Part shown: positions 39,041 to 47,973 of the stretch, piece after piece
Layout: each line of letters begins with the position of its first letter
Position numbering within the stretch: the stretch's first letter is position 1
DNA from: a virus
Length of the DNA: 64,000 nt
IMG/VR virus record: IMGVR_UViG_3300029319_008653
Coordinates: 1 to 64,000 of that record
Reading direction: 5' to 3' (one strand)
Made by a program: the position numbers and the translations under genes
The notes under the pieces: model-generated
Database searches by the model: none
Seen by the model: only the letters and a program-made list of their open reading frames with translations
Told to the model about the DNA's origin: nothing

Positions 39041-41278
39041 ATGAGTAGTTTTTTAAAAAAAATCAATGAGTATAAAGCACCTGTAATGGCTCCGAAATCA
39101 GAAGATGATAGTGCTGCCATGGCAGGTATGAAGACAGGATTTGATAAACCAAAACAAGCTGTTGCTTCAGCAGGTAGAAAAGTTACCGGTGTAATGGGTA
39201 GAGTAGCCTCGGGGTTAGGAAAAGTTAAAAAAGCTGCTGATATGATTAAAACTGTAGGTACAGGTGAATGGAGTATAGATAATTTATTAGACGGAATGAT
39301 TAAAAAAGCTAGAGATCAGCAATCAGGAAAAATAACTTTATTCGGTCAACCGGGTCACAACTTAGTAATGTTAGGTAAAGGTTATATTGAATCTATAAAA
39401 TCTATGCAAGGTAAAGAGCCTGATGAAATAGTAGATGATACAGAAGCAGTTGATGTAGAAAAATCTGTAGAAAAAGGTGATGTTGAAACTAAAAAAGAAG
39501 GTGATGTAGAGACAAAAAAAGAAGGTGATGTAGAGACTAAAAAAGAAAGTTTTCTTGATAAAGTTGATAATCTTCTTTTTGAAGTAACAAAAGCTGAAGG
39601 TGATAAAATAAGAGCGAAAGCTGAAGAATTAGGTATACCTATAAAAACTAAATCAGGTAAACCTATAGGACCTGCAAGATTACAAGGTAGAATAGATAGA
39701 AAATTAGCAGAATTAAAGGCAGATGAAAAACAAAGAAAATTAGATCTTACAGATGATGACAAAGCGGTGAATAAAGCAACTGATGCTAAAGAATCAGAAA
39801 AAGAAACTAAAGAAGAAACTAAAGAAGATACTAAAGAAAAAACCAAAGAAGATGCTAAAGAAGAAACCAAAGAAGATACTAAGAAAAGTACTGGTGATAA
39901 AACGTTTAAACCAATTGGTGATACGGTAAGCGCAAAAGCTAGATTAACACCGTTAGTTGCAGATGTACTAGGTGTTAAAGATGAAGAGTTGGTTAGATAT
40001 ACAAATTATATATCAAAAAATTTCGGTGCAGTATTAACAGCAATTCAAAAAGCTTATGGACCAGATTCTGAATATGCTAAAAAAGAAGACAGTAAGCCTT
40101 TAGATTTTACATTTGAATTGAAGGGATTTGGGAGAATTTCAGATAAGGAGCAAGAAGATTTAAAGAAAAAACAAGAAACTAAAGAGGTAAAAGAATCAAC
40201 TATTTTAAAATTAATAGAAGAAAGCGTTGCAACTGATATAGCTGATAAAGCTGGAAGAGACGGTGCAGAAAAATTAGTTAAAGGTATGGAAGCTATATAC
40301 CCAGGTAAACAAATTACTTTTAAAACACCTGAACCGGATCCTAAGCCTGAACCTGAACCAGAAGATGAACCTGAAGTTGAACAAGATATTCTAACTACTG
40401 CTACTAAATTTTCACTAGTTAACGGAAAGGATTATGGAGAAGAGAGACAATATACATTAAAGCCTCAAGAAGATAAAGTTGGTGAATATCTTACAGCAAA
40501 GGGTATAAAGTTTATTACATATGTACAAAAACCAAAACCAAGAGCACTTACCGGCGGTAAAGGTGGTCAAATAGGTTCAAATTTTGAATTATCTAAATCC
40601 TCTCAAGGTAGATTAATTGCCTATGATGATGAAAATCAAGTAATATCTCAGTTAAATGTTGATGCTCCATATGAGTGGAATTCAACTGAAAAGGCATATT
40701 CATTATCTCGAAATAATACAGTTAAAATAGGACCTGACCCTGCTAAAGGCGAAATGGGATTTGCTACTGATGCTGAAGAAATATATTTTTCTGACCCCAA
40801 TAGAAAATATATAACGTTAGTTAAAGATCGAAAACAAGCGGATGAATCACTAAAAAATGCTAATTACCCCGGCAATAAAATATTACTTGGAGGAGACTTA
40901 AGAGCAGAGTTTGATCAAAAACTATTTAAAAAATATGCTATAGTTAGAACTGATGAAGAAGGTAATTTTATAGTTAATGTAAGGCAGCCTTTACCTTTAG
41001 CTCCTGCTGATGTTTTAGAAATGCAAAAACGTAATAGAGCTTTAGCTGGTCCAAGTGCTGGTAAAACTGCTACTGGCGGTACAGGAAAAACTGAAACTAC
41101 TACAACGACTACAACGACGACTACACCAGGAGTTAAAAAAGATGTTAAGCAAGGTCAAGGTGTTCTAATTGATCCAACTACGGGTAAACCAATAACAGGT
41201 GAGAGAGTACCTAAAGATCAGAATGAAGAAGAAAAAGTAGTAAGTAAATATTTGGAAAAAATAGAAGAATATTTATAA
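39041..41278 (+). CDS. large low-complexity late protein (745 aa)
   Basis: AATAAATA upstream; internal tandem repeats, PEPE run and poly-Thr. Confidence 0.75.
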   Translation: MSSFLKKINEYKAPVMAPKSEDDSAAMAGMKTGFDKPKQAVASAGRKVTGVMGRVASGLGKVKKAADMIKTVGTGEWSIDNLLDGMIKKARDQQSGKITLFGQPGHNLVMLGKGYIESIKSMQGKEPDEIVDDTEAVDVEKSVEKGDVETKKEGDVETKKEGDVETKKESFLDKVDNLLFEVTKAEGDKIRAKAEELGIPIKTKSGKPIGPARLQGRIDRKLAELKADEKQRKLDLTDDDKAVNKATDAKESEKETKEETKEDTKEKTKEDAKEETKEDTKKSTGDKTFKPIGDTVSAKARLTPLVADVLGVKDEELVRYTNYISKNFGAVLTAIQKAYGPDSEYAKKEDSKPLDFTFELKGFGRISDKEQEDLKKKQETKEVKESTILKLIEESVATDIADKAGRDGAEKLVKGMEAIYPGKQITFKTPEPDPKPEPEPEDEPEVEQDILTTATKFSLVNGKDYGEERQYTLKPQEDKVGEYLTAKGIKFITYVQKPKPRALTGGKGGQIGSNFELSKSSQGRLIAYDDENQVISQLNVDAPYEWNSTEKAYSLSRNNTVKIGPDPAKGEMGFATDAEEIYFSDPNRKYITLVKDRKQADESLKNANYPGNKILLGGDLRAEFDQKLFKKYAIVRTDEEGNFIVNVRQPLPLAPADVLEMQKRNRALAGPSAGKTATGGTGKTETTTTTTTTTTPGVKKDVKQGQGVLIDPTTGKPITGERVPKDQNEEEKVVSKYLEKIEEYL
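39475..39547 (+). repeat. 3 x 24-bp coding tandem repeat (GDVETKKE)
   Basis: Three near-identical copies of AAGGTGATGT(T/A)GA(A/G)AC(T/A)AAAAAAG. Confidence 0.85.
39799..39884 (+). repeat. about 7 x 12-bp coding tandem repeat (KEET/KEDT/KEKT/KEDA)
   Basis: AAAGAAGAAACT-type units. Confidence 0.8.
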
Positions 41279-41365
41279 ACAAGCCTCCTCTTTCTTTCTT
41301 CTTATCTAAAGATATTTTAACAAACAGTTTTTAAAAGGCAACTAACTTTTTTTATTTTTTTATAG

Positions 41366-41393
41366 TTGAATATAGTTAAGTATATATTATAAT
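41366..41393 (+). promoter_or_regulatory. early promoter of queD (TTGAAT-N16-TATAAT-N6-ATG)
   Basis: Read directly. Confidence 0.7.
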
Positions 41394-41399
41394 ATTGGT

Positions 41400-42107
41400 A
41401 TGAGTTATTTTAAATCAACAAAAATTATTCCTATGGGGTCTACTGCGTTTCGTCAATGGAGAGCTGGTAGTCATTGTAAATTTATTCATGGTTATCGCTT
41501 ACAGACTAAGCTTTGGTTTGGTTTAAATAAAGGCGCTACGCTTGATGATAAAAATTGGGTCTTTGATTTCGGTGGTTGTAAAGAGATCAAAAAGCTTTTA
41601 GAAGATCAATTTGATCATACGTTTTGTGCAGCAGCTGATGATCCTGAATTAGAAACTTTTCAACAACTAGATGCTTCCGGTCTAATTCAATTAAGAGTTA
41701 TGGATGGTGTTGGTATTGAGAAGACTGCTGAATGGGTATATCAAGCTGTTAGTAAGTATGTTAAAGAATCTACTAATGGTAGAGTTAAGATTGATAAGGT
41801 AGAAGTTTGGGAACATGAAGGCAATAGTGCTATCTATGATACTCGACTTAATACTTTAAATAATACAGATTCTAGTTATGTAGATCATAGAATCTTTAAT
41901 AAAGATAAGGCACATGAAAAGGCTTTAGAAGAGGATAAGCGAAGAGAATGCTTATGCAAAGAAGAGTCAGTTGAAGAAAAACCACCAGTGGAAGTAAAGC
42001 AAAGCAATCCTACTCCACAAGGACCGGTACCTGCACCTTCAACATCACAAAATGTTACTAAAGGTGGAATGAGTAACCCATTTGCAGGTACATCATGGGG
42101 TGATTAA
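41400..42107 (+). CDS. queD: 6-carboxytetrahydropterin synthase QueD with a C-terminal extension
   Basis: HCKFIHGY, WVFDFG, FDHT, EVWEHEGNSA. Confidence 0.88.
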   Translation: MSYFKSTKIIPMGSTAFRQWRAGSHCKFIHGYRLQTKLWFGLNKGATLDDKNWVFDFGGCKEIKKLLEDQFDHTFCAAADDPELETFQQLDASGLIQLRVMDGVGIEKTAEWVYQAVSKYVKESTNGRVKIDKVEVWEHEGNSAIYDTRLNTLNNTDSSYVDHRIFNKDKAHEKALEEDKRRECLCKEESVEEKPPVEVKQSNPTPQGPVPAPSTSQNVTKGGMSNPFAGTSWGD

Positions 42108-42316
42108 TGAACGGTATACCTAGAGAAAGAGACCCTAATCTCGTAAAACTTGAAAACGATGTCTTTGGTAAAATGACACAAAAATTACGAGAGTCTCTTC
42201 CTCCGGAAGTTCAGGATCAACCTAAAAAATCAGATACTACTCATGTAAGTTTTGAAGATGCCTTACGTGAACTATCATCACTCGATAGTCTCAAGCCTAC
42301 TGACGATAAATCTTAG
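42107..42316 (+). CDS. small hypothetical protein
   Basis: TAATG-coupled to queD. Confidence 0.6.
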   Translation: MNGIPRERDPNLVKLENDVFGKMTQKLRESLPPEVQDQPKKSDTTHVSFEDALRELSSLDSLKPTDDKS

Positions 42317-43042
42317 AATTTTACTCCTAACAATATCAGTTTTATCAAACTTATACACGTTAATACCCTCGTCGGAACATTCTAATGAGCTAAAAGCATT
42401 AAGTATTTTACCGTAACCGCTTTTACCGTTAATATCTGATTGTAAAGTATCACCTACTATAATATATTTTGAGTTATGACCGAACCTAGTCATTATAGTA
42501 GTTAGTTCGCTTAATGTAAGATTTTGTGCCTCATCAATTATAACACAAGAGTTCCTAAAAGTTAATCCTCTTGTAAAATTAACAGGAACACATTTTACAT
42601 AACCTTTAGCAAATAGATTATTTGATACACCGGGTGGTAATAATTCATCTAATTTATCAATTAACGGCATAGACCACGGGGCAAATTTTGCTTCCACTTC
42701 ACCAGGTAAGGAACCTAACTGTCTAGAAGCGCTTTCTACTATAGATCTAATGTAAACTATTTCTTCAATAGCTTGTGTTTTTAATAAGTTTAGTGCAGCT
42801 AGCACTGCGATATACGTTTTAGCTGTACCTGCGGGCCCGTCTACTACACACATATGTGTGTCATTATTAGCTTCTGCATCCTCAAGGAATTTAAGTTGTT
42901 GACCGGTGAGTTTATAATGATGATTAATCTTAAAATCCAGATCCCAATCACGTGAAGATCTGGTATTATGCATTTGCTTTACGGCTTGTCTTTTTACTAT
43001 TTTTGTACCTTTTACGGCACTAGATTTCTTTGCCATATACAC
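42278..43042 (-). CDS. phoH: PhoH-like ATPase
   Basis: GPAGTAKT, LGSLPG, RGLTF, IIDEAQN, GDxxQSD, IVRS. Confidence 0.93.
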   Translation of the reverse strand: MYMAKKSSAVKGTKIVKRQAVKQMHNTRSSRDWDLDFKINHHYKLTGQQLKFLEDAEANNDTHMCVVDGPAGTAKTYIAVLAALNLLKTQAIEEIVYIRSIVESASRQLGSLPGEVEAKFAPWSMPLIDKLDELLPPGVSNNLFAKGYVKCVPVNFTRGLTFRNSCVIIDEAQNLTLSELTTIMTRFGHNSKYIIVGDTLQSDINGKSGYGKILNAFSSLECSDEGINVYKFDKTDIVRSKILRFIVSRLETIE

Positions 43043-43112
43043 ATATTTATACTATAATATAGGGGTATTTCGTAGTAAAAAAATGAGTCATAAATTAATA
43101 AATAAAGTAATC

Positions 43113-43140
43113 TTGATTACTAGAGGAACTATTATATAAT
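43113..43140 (+). promoter_or_regulatory. queE-speD-speD-speE promoter (TTGATT-N16-TATAAT-N6-ATG, with AGGAACT box)
   Basis: Read directly. Confidence 0.72.
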
Positions 43141-43146
43141 AAAATT

Positions 43147-43890
43147 ATGGGATTAGATACGTTAAGTTTAAGTGATGATAAAGTGTTTTATACTCTAGAA
43201 GGAGAAGGTCTGCATATTGGTCAACCTTCTGTTTTTATGAGATTAGCAATGTGTAATTTAACCTGTAAAGGTTTTGCATCTGAAGATTCTCCGCATGGTT
43301 GCGATTCATTCGTATCATGGTCAGTAAAGAATAAATTTACTTATGAAGATTTAAATTGGTACTTCGAAGATAATGGATTCGATGAAGAATTAAAGAAAGG
43401 TGCTATATTAAAAATAACTGGCGGTGAACCTATGCTGCAACAACGTAGACTATTAGAATGGTTACCTACTTTTGAAGAATGGTTTAAGTTTAAGCCTCGT
43501 ATAGATTTTGAAAGTAATTCAAGTATTATGCCTAAAGAAGAATGGATTACTGATTGGAATGCTACTTTTACTCTATCTCCTAAGATGAGTAATAATGGAG
43601 ATCCTGAAGCTCGTAGATATAAGCCCGAAGTATTAAAATGGCATAATAGTCATAAAGAAAGTTGTTTTAAGTTTGTTATTAATGAACCTAGTGATCTAAT
43701 AGAACTAACGCAAAAATATATTGACCCGGGTTATGTTGATAGAGATAAAATTTGGTTAATGCCTTGTTGTGGTTCAAGAGAAGAACATACAGAAAAATCT
43801 GCTATGGTAGCTGATTTGTGTAAAAGATATCATTTTAAATTTAGTCCTAGATTGCAGTTAGTTATTTGGGACATGGCACTAAAAGTATAA
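43147..43890 (+). CDS. queE: 7-carboxy-7-deazaguanine synthase QueE (radical SAM)
   Basis: FYTLEGEG, RLAMCNLTC...CDS, ITGGEP, SPK, KFVI, RLQ. Confidence 0.9.
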   Translation: MGLDTLSLSDDKVFYTLEGEGLHIGQPSVFMRLAMCNLTCKGFASEDSPHGCDSFVSWSVKNKFTYEDLNWYFEDNGFDEELKKGAILKITGGEPMLQQRRLLEWLPTFEEWFKFKPRIDFESNSSIMPKEEWITDWNATFTLSPKMSNNGDPEARRYKPEVLKWHNSHKESCFKFVINEPSDLIELTQKYIDPGYVDRDKIWLMPCCGSREEHTEKSAMVADLCKRYHFKFSPRLQLVIWDMALKV

Positions 43891-43891
43891 A

Positions 43892-44239
43892 ATGAGGTAT
43901 CTAGCTAATCACCAGTTAATTGAATTATATGATTGCGATCAAGATCTGCTAGAAAATGATACGTACGTAAAAAAAACATTTAAAGAAGCGGCTAAATTAG
44001 CTAATGCTACTGTTGTAAGCGAAAAGTTTCATAACTTTAGCCCTTATGGTTTAACGGGTGTTTTAGTAATTACTGAAAGCCATATTAGTATACATACATG
44101 GCCAGAGCATAAATATGTTGCAGTAGATGTATTTAGTTGCGACGATAAAGTAGATCATAAAAAGATATTAAATCATTTAAAAGTAAATTTATTTAGCACT
44201 AGAACAAAATCCAAATCAGTAAAAAGAGGAAAAGTATGA
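43892..44239 (+). CDS. speD: pyruvoyl S-adenosylmethionine decarboxylase (class 1B)
   Basis: FSPYGLTGV, ITESHISIHTWPE, DVFSC. Confidence 0.9.
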   Translation: MRYLANHQLIELYDCDQDLLENDTYVKKTFKEAAKLANATVVSEKFHNFSPYGLTGVLVITESHISIHTWPEHKYVAVDVFSCDDKVDHKKILNHLKVNLFSTRTKSKSVKRGKV

Positions 44240-44616
44240 CAGAAGAAGAATTTAATAAAGATGAATTATGGGGCATGTCTTTGTCACTAGATCTTTATGA
44301 TTGTAATCCCGATACAATTAGGGATGCAGATAAAATTAAAGAGTATGTAAAAGAGCTTTGTGATAATGTTATTGATATGAAAAGATATGGAGAGTGTCAA
44401 GTAGTTCACTTTGGTGATGATCCGAAAGTTACAGGATTTTCTATGACTCAACTAATTGAAACTTCTTTAGTATCAGGCCATTTTGCTAATAATACTAATG
44501 CTGCATATCTTGATATTTTTTCATGCAAATGGTATGATGTACGTAAAGTAAAACAATTTAGCAAAAGATTTTTTGAAGCAGATGTATGTATAACAAACGT
44601 AAGCGAACGTCAATGA
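44236..44616 (+). CDS. divergent AdoMetDC-family pyruvoyl decarboxylase
   Basis: LDLYDC, QLIETSLVSGHF, YLDIFSCK. Confidence 0.8.
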   Translation: MTEEEFNKDELWGMSLSLDLYDCNPDTIRDADKIKEYVKELCDNVIDMKRYGECQVVHFGDDPKVTGFSMTQLIETSLVSGHFANNTNAAYLDIFSCKWYDVRKVKQFSKRFFEADVCITNVSERQ

Positions 44617-45428
44617 TAGATGATAGTTGGGATAAAAAGAATGGTAGTTCTATCCATATAGAAGGAAATTTAATAGAACTATTTAACTCTAAATATCAAC
44701 GCATAGAAGTTTATAATACTAAACGTTTTGGTAAACTATTAAAGCTTGATGGAGTAATTCAATTAACTGAATTTGATGAAGCTAACTATCATGAGATGAT
44801 AGCGCATGTACCTTTAAACATTCATAATACCCCTGATAATGTATTAGTTATAGGTGGTGGCGACGGAGGAGCTATACGTGAGATTCTTAAGCATAAACAT
44901 GTTAAAACTATTGATCTCGTTGAAATAGATAACTTTGTAATAGATATATCAAAAAAGCATTTTCCGTACGTATCACAAGGATTAGATGATAGTAAAGTTA
45001 CTATTATAAATGAAGATGGTGCAGAATATATTAAGAAATGTAAAGATTTATATGATGTAATTATTATAGATTCTACTGATCCATTTAGTGTAGGAGAATC
45101 TTTATTTAAAGAAGAGTTTTATAAAAATCTTAAAGTTGCATTAAAACCTAAGGGTATTGTAGTATCGCAATCTGAAAGTATGTTCTACAATAAGGATCTT
45201 ATTAAGGATATGTACCTATTTAAACGTAAACATTTTAATGCTGTGAGATATTATTATACTTTAGTACCTACATATCCTTCCGGTACTATAGGGTTTCATT
45301 TTTGTTCTGATGGTAATTATTTACCTATAGATATAAATGATGATTTTAATAGAATCCCAGATCTAAAATATTACAACGAAATGATACATAAGAGTAGTTT
45401 TTTAACACCTAACGGGGTAAATACTTAA
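44586..45428 (+). CDS. speE: spermidine synthase / polyamine aminopropyltransferase
   Basis: SKYQ, LDG, YHEM, IGGGDGG, VEID, DSTDP, VPTYPSG; the start may be a few codons later. Confidence 0.93.
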   Translation: MYNKRKRTSMIDDSWDKKNGSSIHIEGNLIELFNSKYQRIEVYNTKRFGKLLKLDGVIQLTEFDEANYHEMIAHVPLNIHNTPDNVLVIGGGDGGAIREILKHKHVKTIDLVEIDNFVIDISKKHFPYVSQGLDDSKVTIINEDGAEYIKKCKDLYDVIIIDSTDPFSVGESLFKEEFYKNLKVALKPKGIVVSQSESMFYNKDLIKDMYLFKRKHFNAVRYYYTLVPTYPSGTIGFHFCSDGNYLPIDINDDFNRIPDLKYYNEMIHKSSFLTPNGVNT

Positions 45429-46085
45429 ATGTCACAATTAATTACTAATCTACCAAATAATAAAGTTTGGGTACGAAAAGAGTTTCTTAGAGACGGTAAA
45501 GACGGTCACGGTGAGTTTGTTGAAGGTCACTGGGTTACTGCTAAAAGTATAGTTGGCAGAGCGTTTTACTTTGAAACTTATCTGCCTGAATATGGCGCAT
45601 TATATGATAAGCTTCCTATAAATGCATTTGTTTCATCACCAGAAATGCCTGATAAGGATTACCCTTTACATGACTTACAATTTTGGAATTGTATGGATTA
45701 TGGTGTAACTTGTGTATATAAACATTTTATAGGTAGTATGGATTTTGAAGTTTTTACTCGTTCACATGATATTGTTAAAGGTACATATCTCTTTACTTTA
45801 GATAACTATCATGCATCTGCTGATGAAGTTGATTATAGCTGTTCTGAAGTACCAGCTGAGCACAAATCTTTTAACTGCTTAGAGCTAGAAAACGGTCAAT
45901 ACGCTTTATATCCCAATAATAGAATGAGAGTATATGATAACTCTCTAACACCGAAAGACCCTAAGATGCCTGATTTCTTAGTTAGTACTGACTATTATCA
46001 AGTAGAGAGTGGCTATACCTATAGATTAGGTGATACTGATGAGTATTTTTGGAAAACAAAGGACGATTCTAAGTCTAAAAAATAA
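45429..46085 (+). CDS. conserved hypothetical phage protein
   Basis: 218-aa ORF abutting speE (QFWNC, EHKS, YPNNR). Confidence 0.75.
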   Translation: MSQLITNLPNNKVWVRKEFLRDGKDGHGEFVEGHWVTAKSIVGRAFYFETYLPEYGALYDKLPINAFVSSPEMPDKDYPLHDLQFWNCMDYGVTCVYKHFIGSMDFEVFTRSHDIVKGTYLFTLDNYHASADEVDYSCSEVPAEHKSFNCLELENGQYALYPNNRMRVYDNSLTPKDPKMPDFLVSTDYYQVESGYTYRLGDTDEYFWKTKDDSKSKK

Positions 46086-46115
46086 AAAAAAGCCGTTATT
46101 AATAACGGCTTTTTT
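46084..46115. terminator. bidirectional intrinsic terminator
   Basis: A-run-GCCGTTATTAATAACGGC-T-run palindrome between convergent genes. Confidence 0.85.
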
Positions 46116-46136
46116 AATGTTTGGTAGTCTTAAATT

Positions 46137-46826
46137 TTATACATAACCTGGTCTGTGCAAGTTACCTCTTAATTCTTGAGGTACTGCATCATATCCCCAA
46201 CCATACAGTCCAGTAAGTAGTCCTGTATTTGTTTGTTGGCTATAAGGAATATTTTCACCTGGCTCACCAAAATTACCAGCTGAGTGGAAGGTAAAGAATG
46301 TTGACCTTCTGGTTAAGTTATTATAAATTGCAAATGTAACGCTAGCTGATTGAGCTTCTGTCATTGAATCATTTATTGAAAATCCTTCAGCGATATCAAA
46401 ACCAACTATTAGACCTCCATTATCAGCAGGTACTGTACCTACTAGAGATGCAAACTCCGGACCTGGATATTCTTCAGGTGGAATATGTGCTGATACTGAT
46501 TGTAAAGTAGTACCGCCGGCTGTACCAGTTTGAGTAATAATAGGCACTGCTTCACCAAATCCATATCCTTTATATTCTGGAGTAAAGTTTTCTACCTTAG
46601 AACCATTATATTGATCTAATACGTTATTACCTGTAGCAGGAATTAAAAGCGTATAAATAGCAGTTTGTTGATTAGTAGTCGGATCAGTATAAAATGCAGA
46701 TGCTGGAGCTGTAAAATTACCTTCCTGACCTGTATAAATTGATGTATCGACAGCACCGCCATCAAGGAAGGTACTTGCTTGTCCTCCAGATATGGCCATT
46801 GATAAAAAGTATGGTGTTATTGGCAT
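46137..46826 (-). CDS. Thr/Gly-rich late protein, probably structural
   Basis: AATAAATA-N5-ATG; amino-acid composition. Confidence 0.7.
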   Translation of the reverse strand: MPITPYFLSMAISGGQASTFLDGGAVDTSIYTGQEGNFTAPASAFYTDPTTNQQTAIYTLLIPATGNNVLDQYNGSKVENFTPEYKGYGFGEAVPIITQTGTAGGTTLQSVSAHIPPEEYPGPEFASLVGTVPADNGGLIVGFDIAEGFSINDSMTEAQSASVTFAIYNNLTRRSTFFTFHSAGNFGEPGENIPYSQQTNTGLLTGLYGWGYDAVPQELRGNLHRPGYV

Positions 46827-46830
46827 AATA

Positions 46831-47076
46831 TTATTTATTCTCCTCTTTCTGTCTTTTTAAGAATTCCATTGTAATTAATCTGGTACTCCAGGTAGGGTGC
46901 TCTTCTGCAATCTGCGCTCTAATAGCTGCTTCCGATGAATTAGAACTTGTAAATAAAGAAGTTAGTTGTTTAACTAATTTAGATTTAGTTAATCTTCTAT
47001 CTAGTTCTACACCTTTTGTACGACCTAGAGCCTCCAGTTCTTCTTTCGATAGTTTTTTTAAATCCTCTGCTGTCAT
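46831..47076 (-). CDS. small protein with a Rho-N/HeH-like helical motif
   Basis: Start MTAEDLKKLSKEELEALGR follows AATAAATA-N5; the longer 47295 start is unlikely. Confidence 0.65.
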   Translation of the reverse strand: MTAEDLKKLSKEELEALGRTKGVELDRRLTKSKLVKQLTSLFTSSNSSEAAIRAQIAEEHPTWSTRLITMEFLKRQKEENK

Positions 47077-47125
47077 ATTATTATTTATTGTTGCAACGTA
47101 TATTTTAATTGATAAGTAATAATCT

Positions 47126-47326
47126 ATGACAACATTAATTACATTAGCAATATTCGTGGCAGGTTTTATCGTTGGTGCACTAGTTACTAGAAAAAATCTT
47201 AAAGAGGTTAATGCTGTAGTAGCTGAAGCAAAAGAATTTGCGGCAAAGGTCGATGCTAAGCTCGACGATTTGCAGGCTCCAAAAAAGCCAGCCACGCGTG
47301 GACGTAAACCAAAGTCTACGAAATAA
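47126..47326 (+). CDS. small single-TM membrane protein
   Basis: Hydrophobic N-terminus, basic tail, followed by a terminator. Confidence 0.7.
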   Translation: MTTLITLAIFVAGFIVGALVTRKNLKEVNAVVAEAKEFAAKVDAKLDDLQAPKKPATRGRKPKSTK

Positions 47327-47354
47327 TTAAAAACTTATCTAAGATAAATTATTA

Positions 47355-47377
47355 CCCCCGCTATGCGGGGTTTTTTA
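47355..47377 (+). terminator. intrinsic terminator
   Basis: CCCCGC-TAT-GCGGGG-TTTTTT. Confidence 0.8.
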
Positions 47378-47452
47378 TTGATCATAATGTCTGAGTACAG
47401 CTGTACCTATAACCATTAAAGATAATAGTATAAAAAAAGCATCTATAGTCAT
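47375..47452 (-). CDS. putative 25-aa membrane micro-protein (MTIDAFFILLSLMVIGTAVLRHYDQ)
   Basis: Translated by hand; starts 3 nt after the holin-like gene stop. Confidence 0.4.
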   Translation of the reverse strand: MTIDAFFILLSLMVIGTAVLRHYDQ

Positions 47453-47455
47453 TTT

Positions 47456-47935
47456 TTATTTCCCACCCGGGGTAAAGTAGAATCCGACGATAGCTCCCAA
47501 AGTGGCGATCGAGACAAGAGAAATGTGTCCCGTTGTGATAGTCGTTGTGATATCACTCCCCGAGGGGAATTTAACAAGTCCCCAAAGGAAGGTGAAGGCT
47601 TCTTTTGATTCTGGAGGGGTGAATGTGACCAATTCGACTCCGGGGAAGAGGGTGCAGAGAATTGAAATGGCCGCGAAGTTTGACATCCCGATAAGAGCAA
47701 TAAGCCTACGAGTATGACGGGTAAACATACCATGGTCTGCATTTGCATCACCAAAAACTGCTTTTTGAAAGTCAACATCTGCTTTATGCATAGCCATGTC
47801 TCTAACAAGCTCTCTCTTGGCTGCTGTTTCTTTAGCTGCTGTAATTCCTTGGAAAATACCCCCCAGTATTTTAAGCATTGAGCCCATACCAGTTGCACCA
47901 AGCGTCGATAATAACATTGTAATAAGTCCTGACAT
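47456..47935 (-). CDS. holin-like multi-TM membrane protein
   Basis: 2-3 hydrophobic segments; C-terminal AIVGFYF resembles 3TM holins. Confidence 0.55.
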   Translation of the reverse strand: MSGLITMLLSTLGATGMGSMLKILGGIFQGITAAKETAAKRELVRDMAMHKADVDFQKAVFGDANADHGMFTRHTRRLIALIGMSNFAAISILCTLFPGVELVTFTPPESKEAFTFLWGLVKFPSGSDITTTITTGHISLVSIATLGAIVGFYFTPGGK

Positions 47936-47973
47936 AACATTTTACTTCTAAATTTCTCTATATAAATATTTAT

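Noticed and set aside
46831-47295. 154-aa ORF as given in the track
   Set aside because: The 5' part is the antisense of 47126-47326; the real start is 47076, after a late promoter
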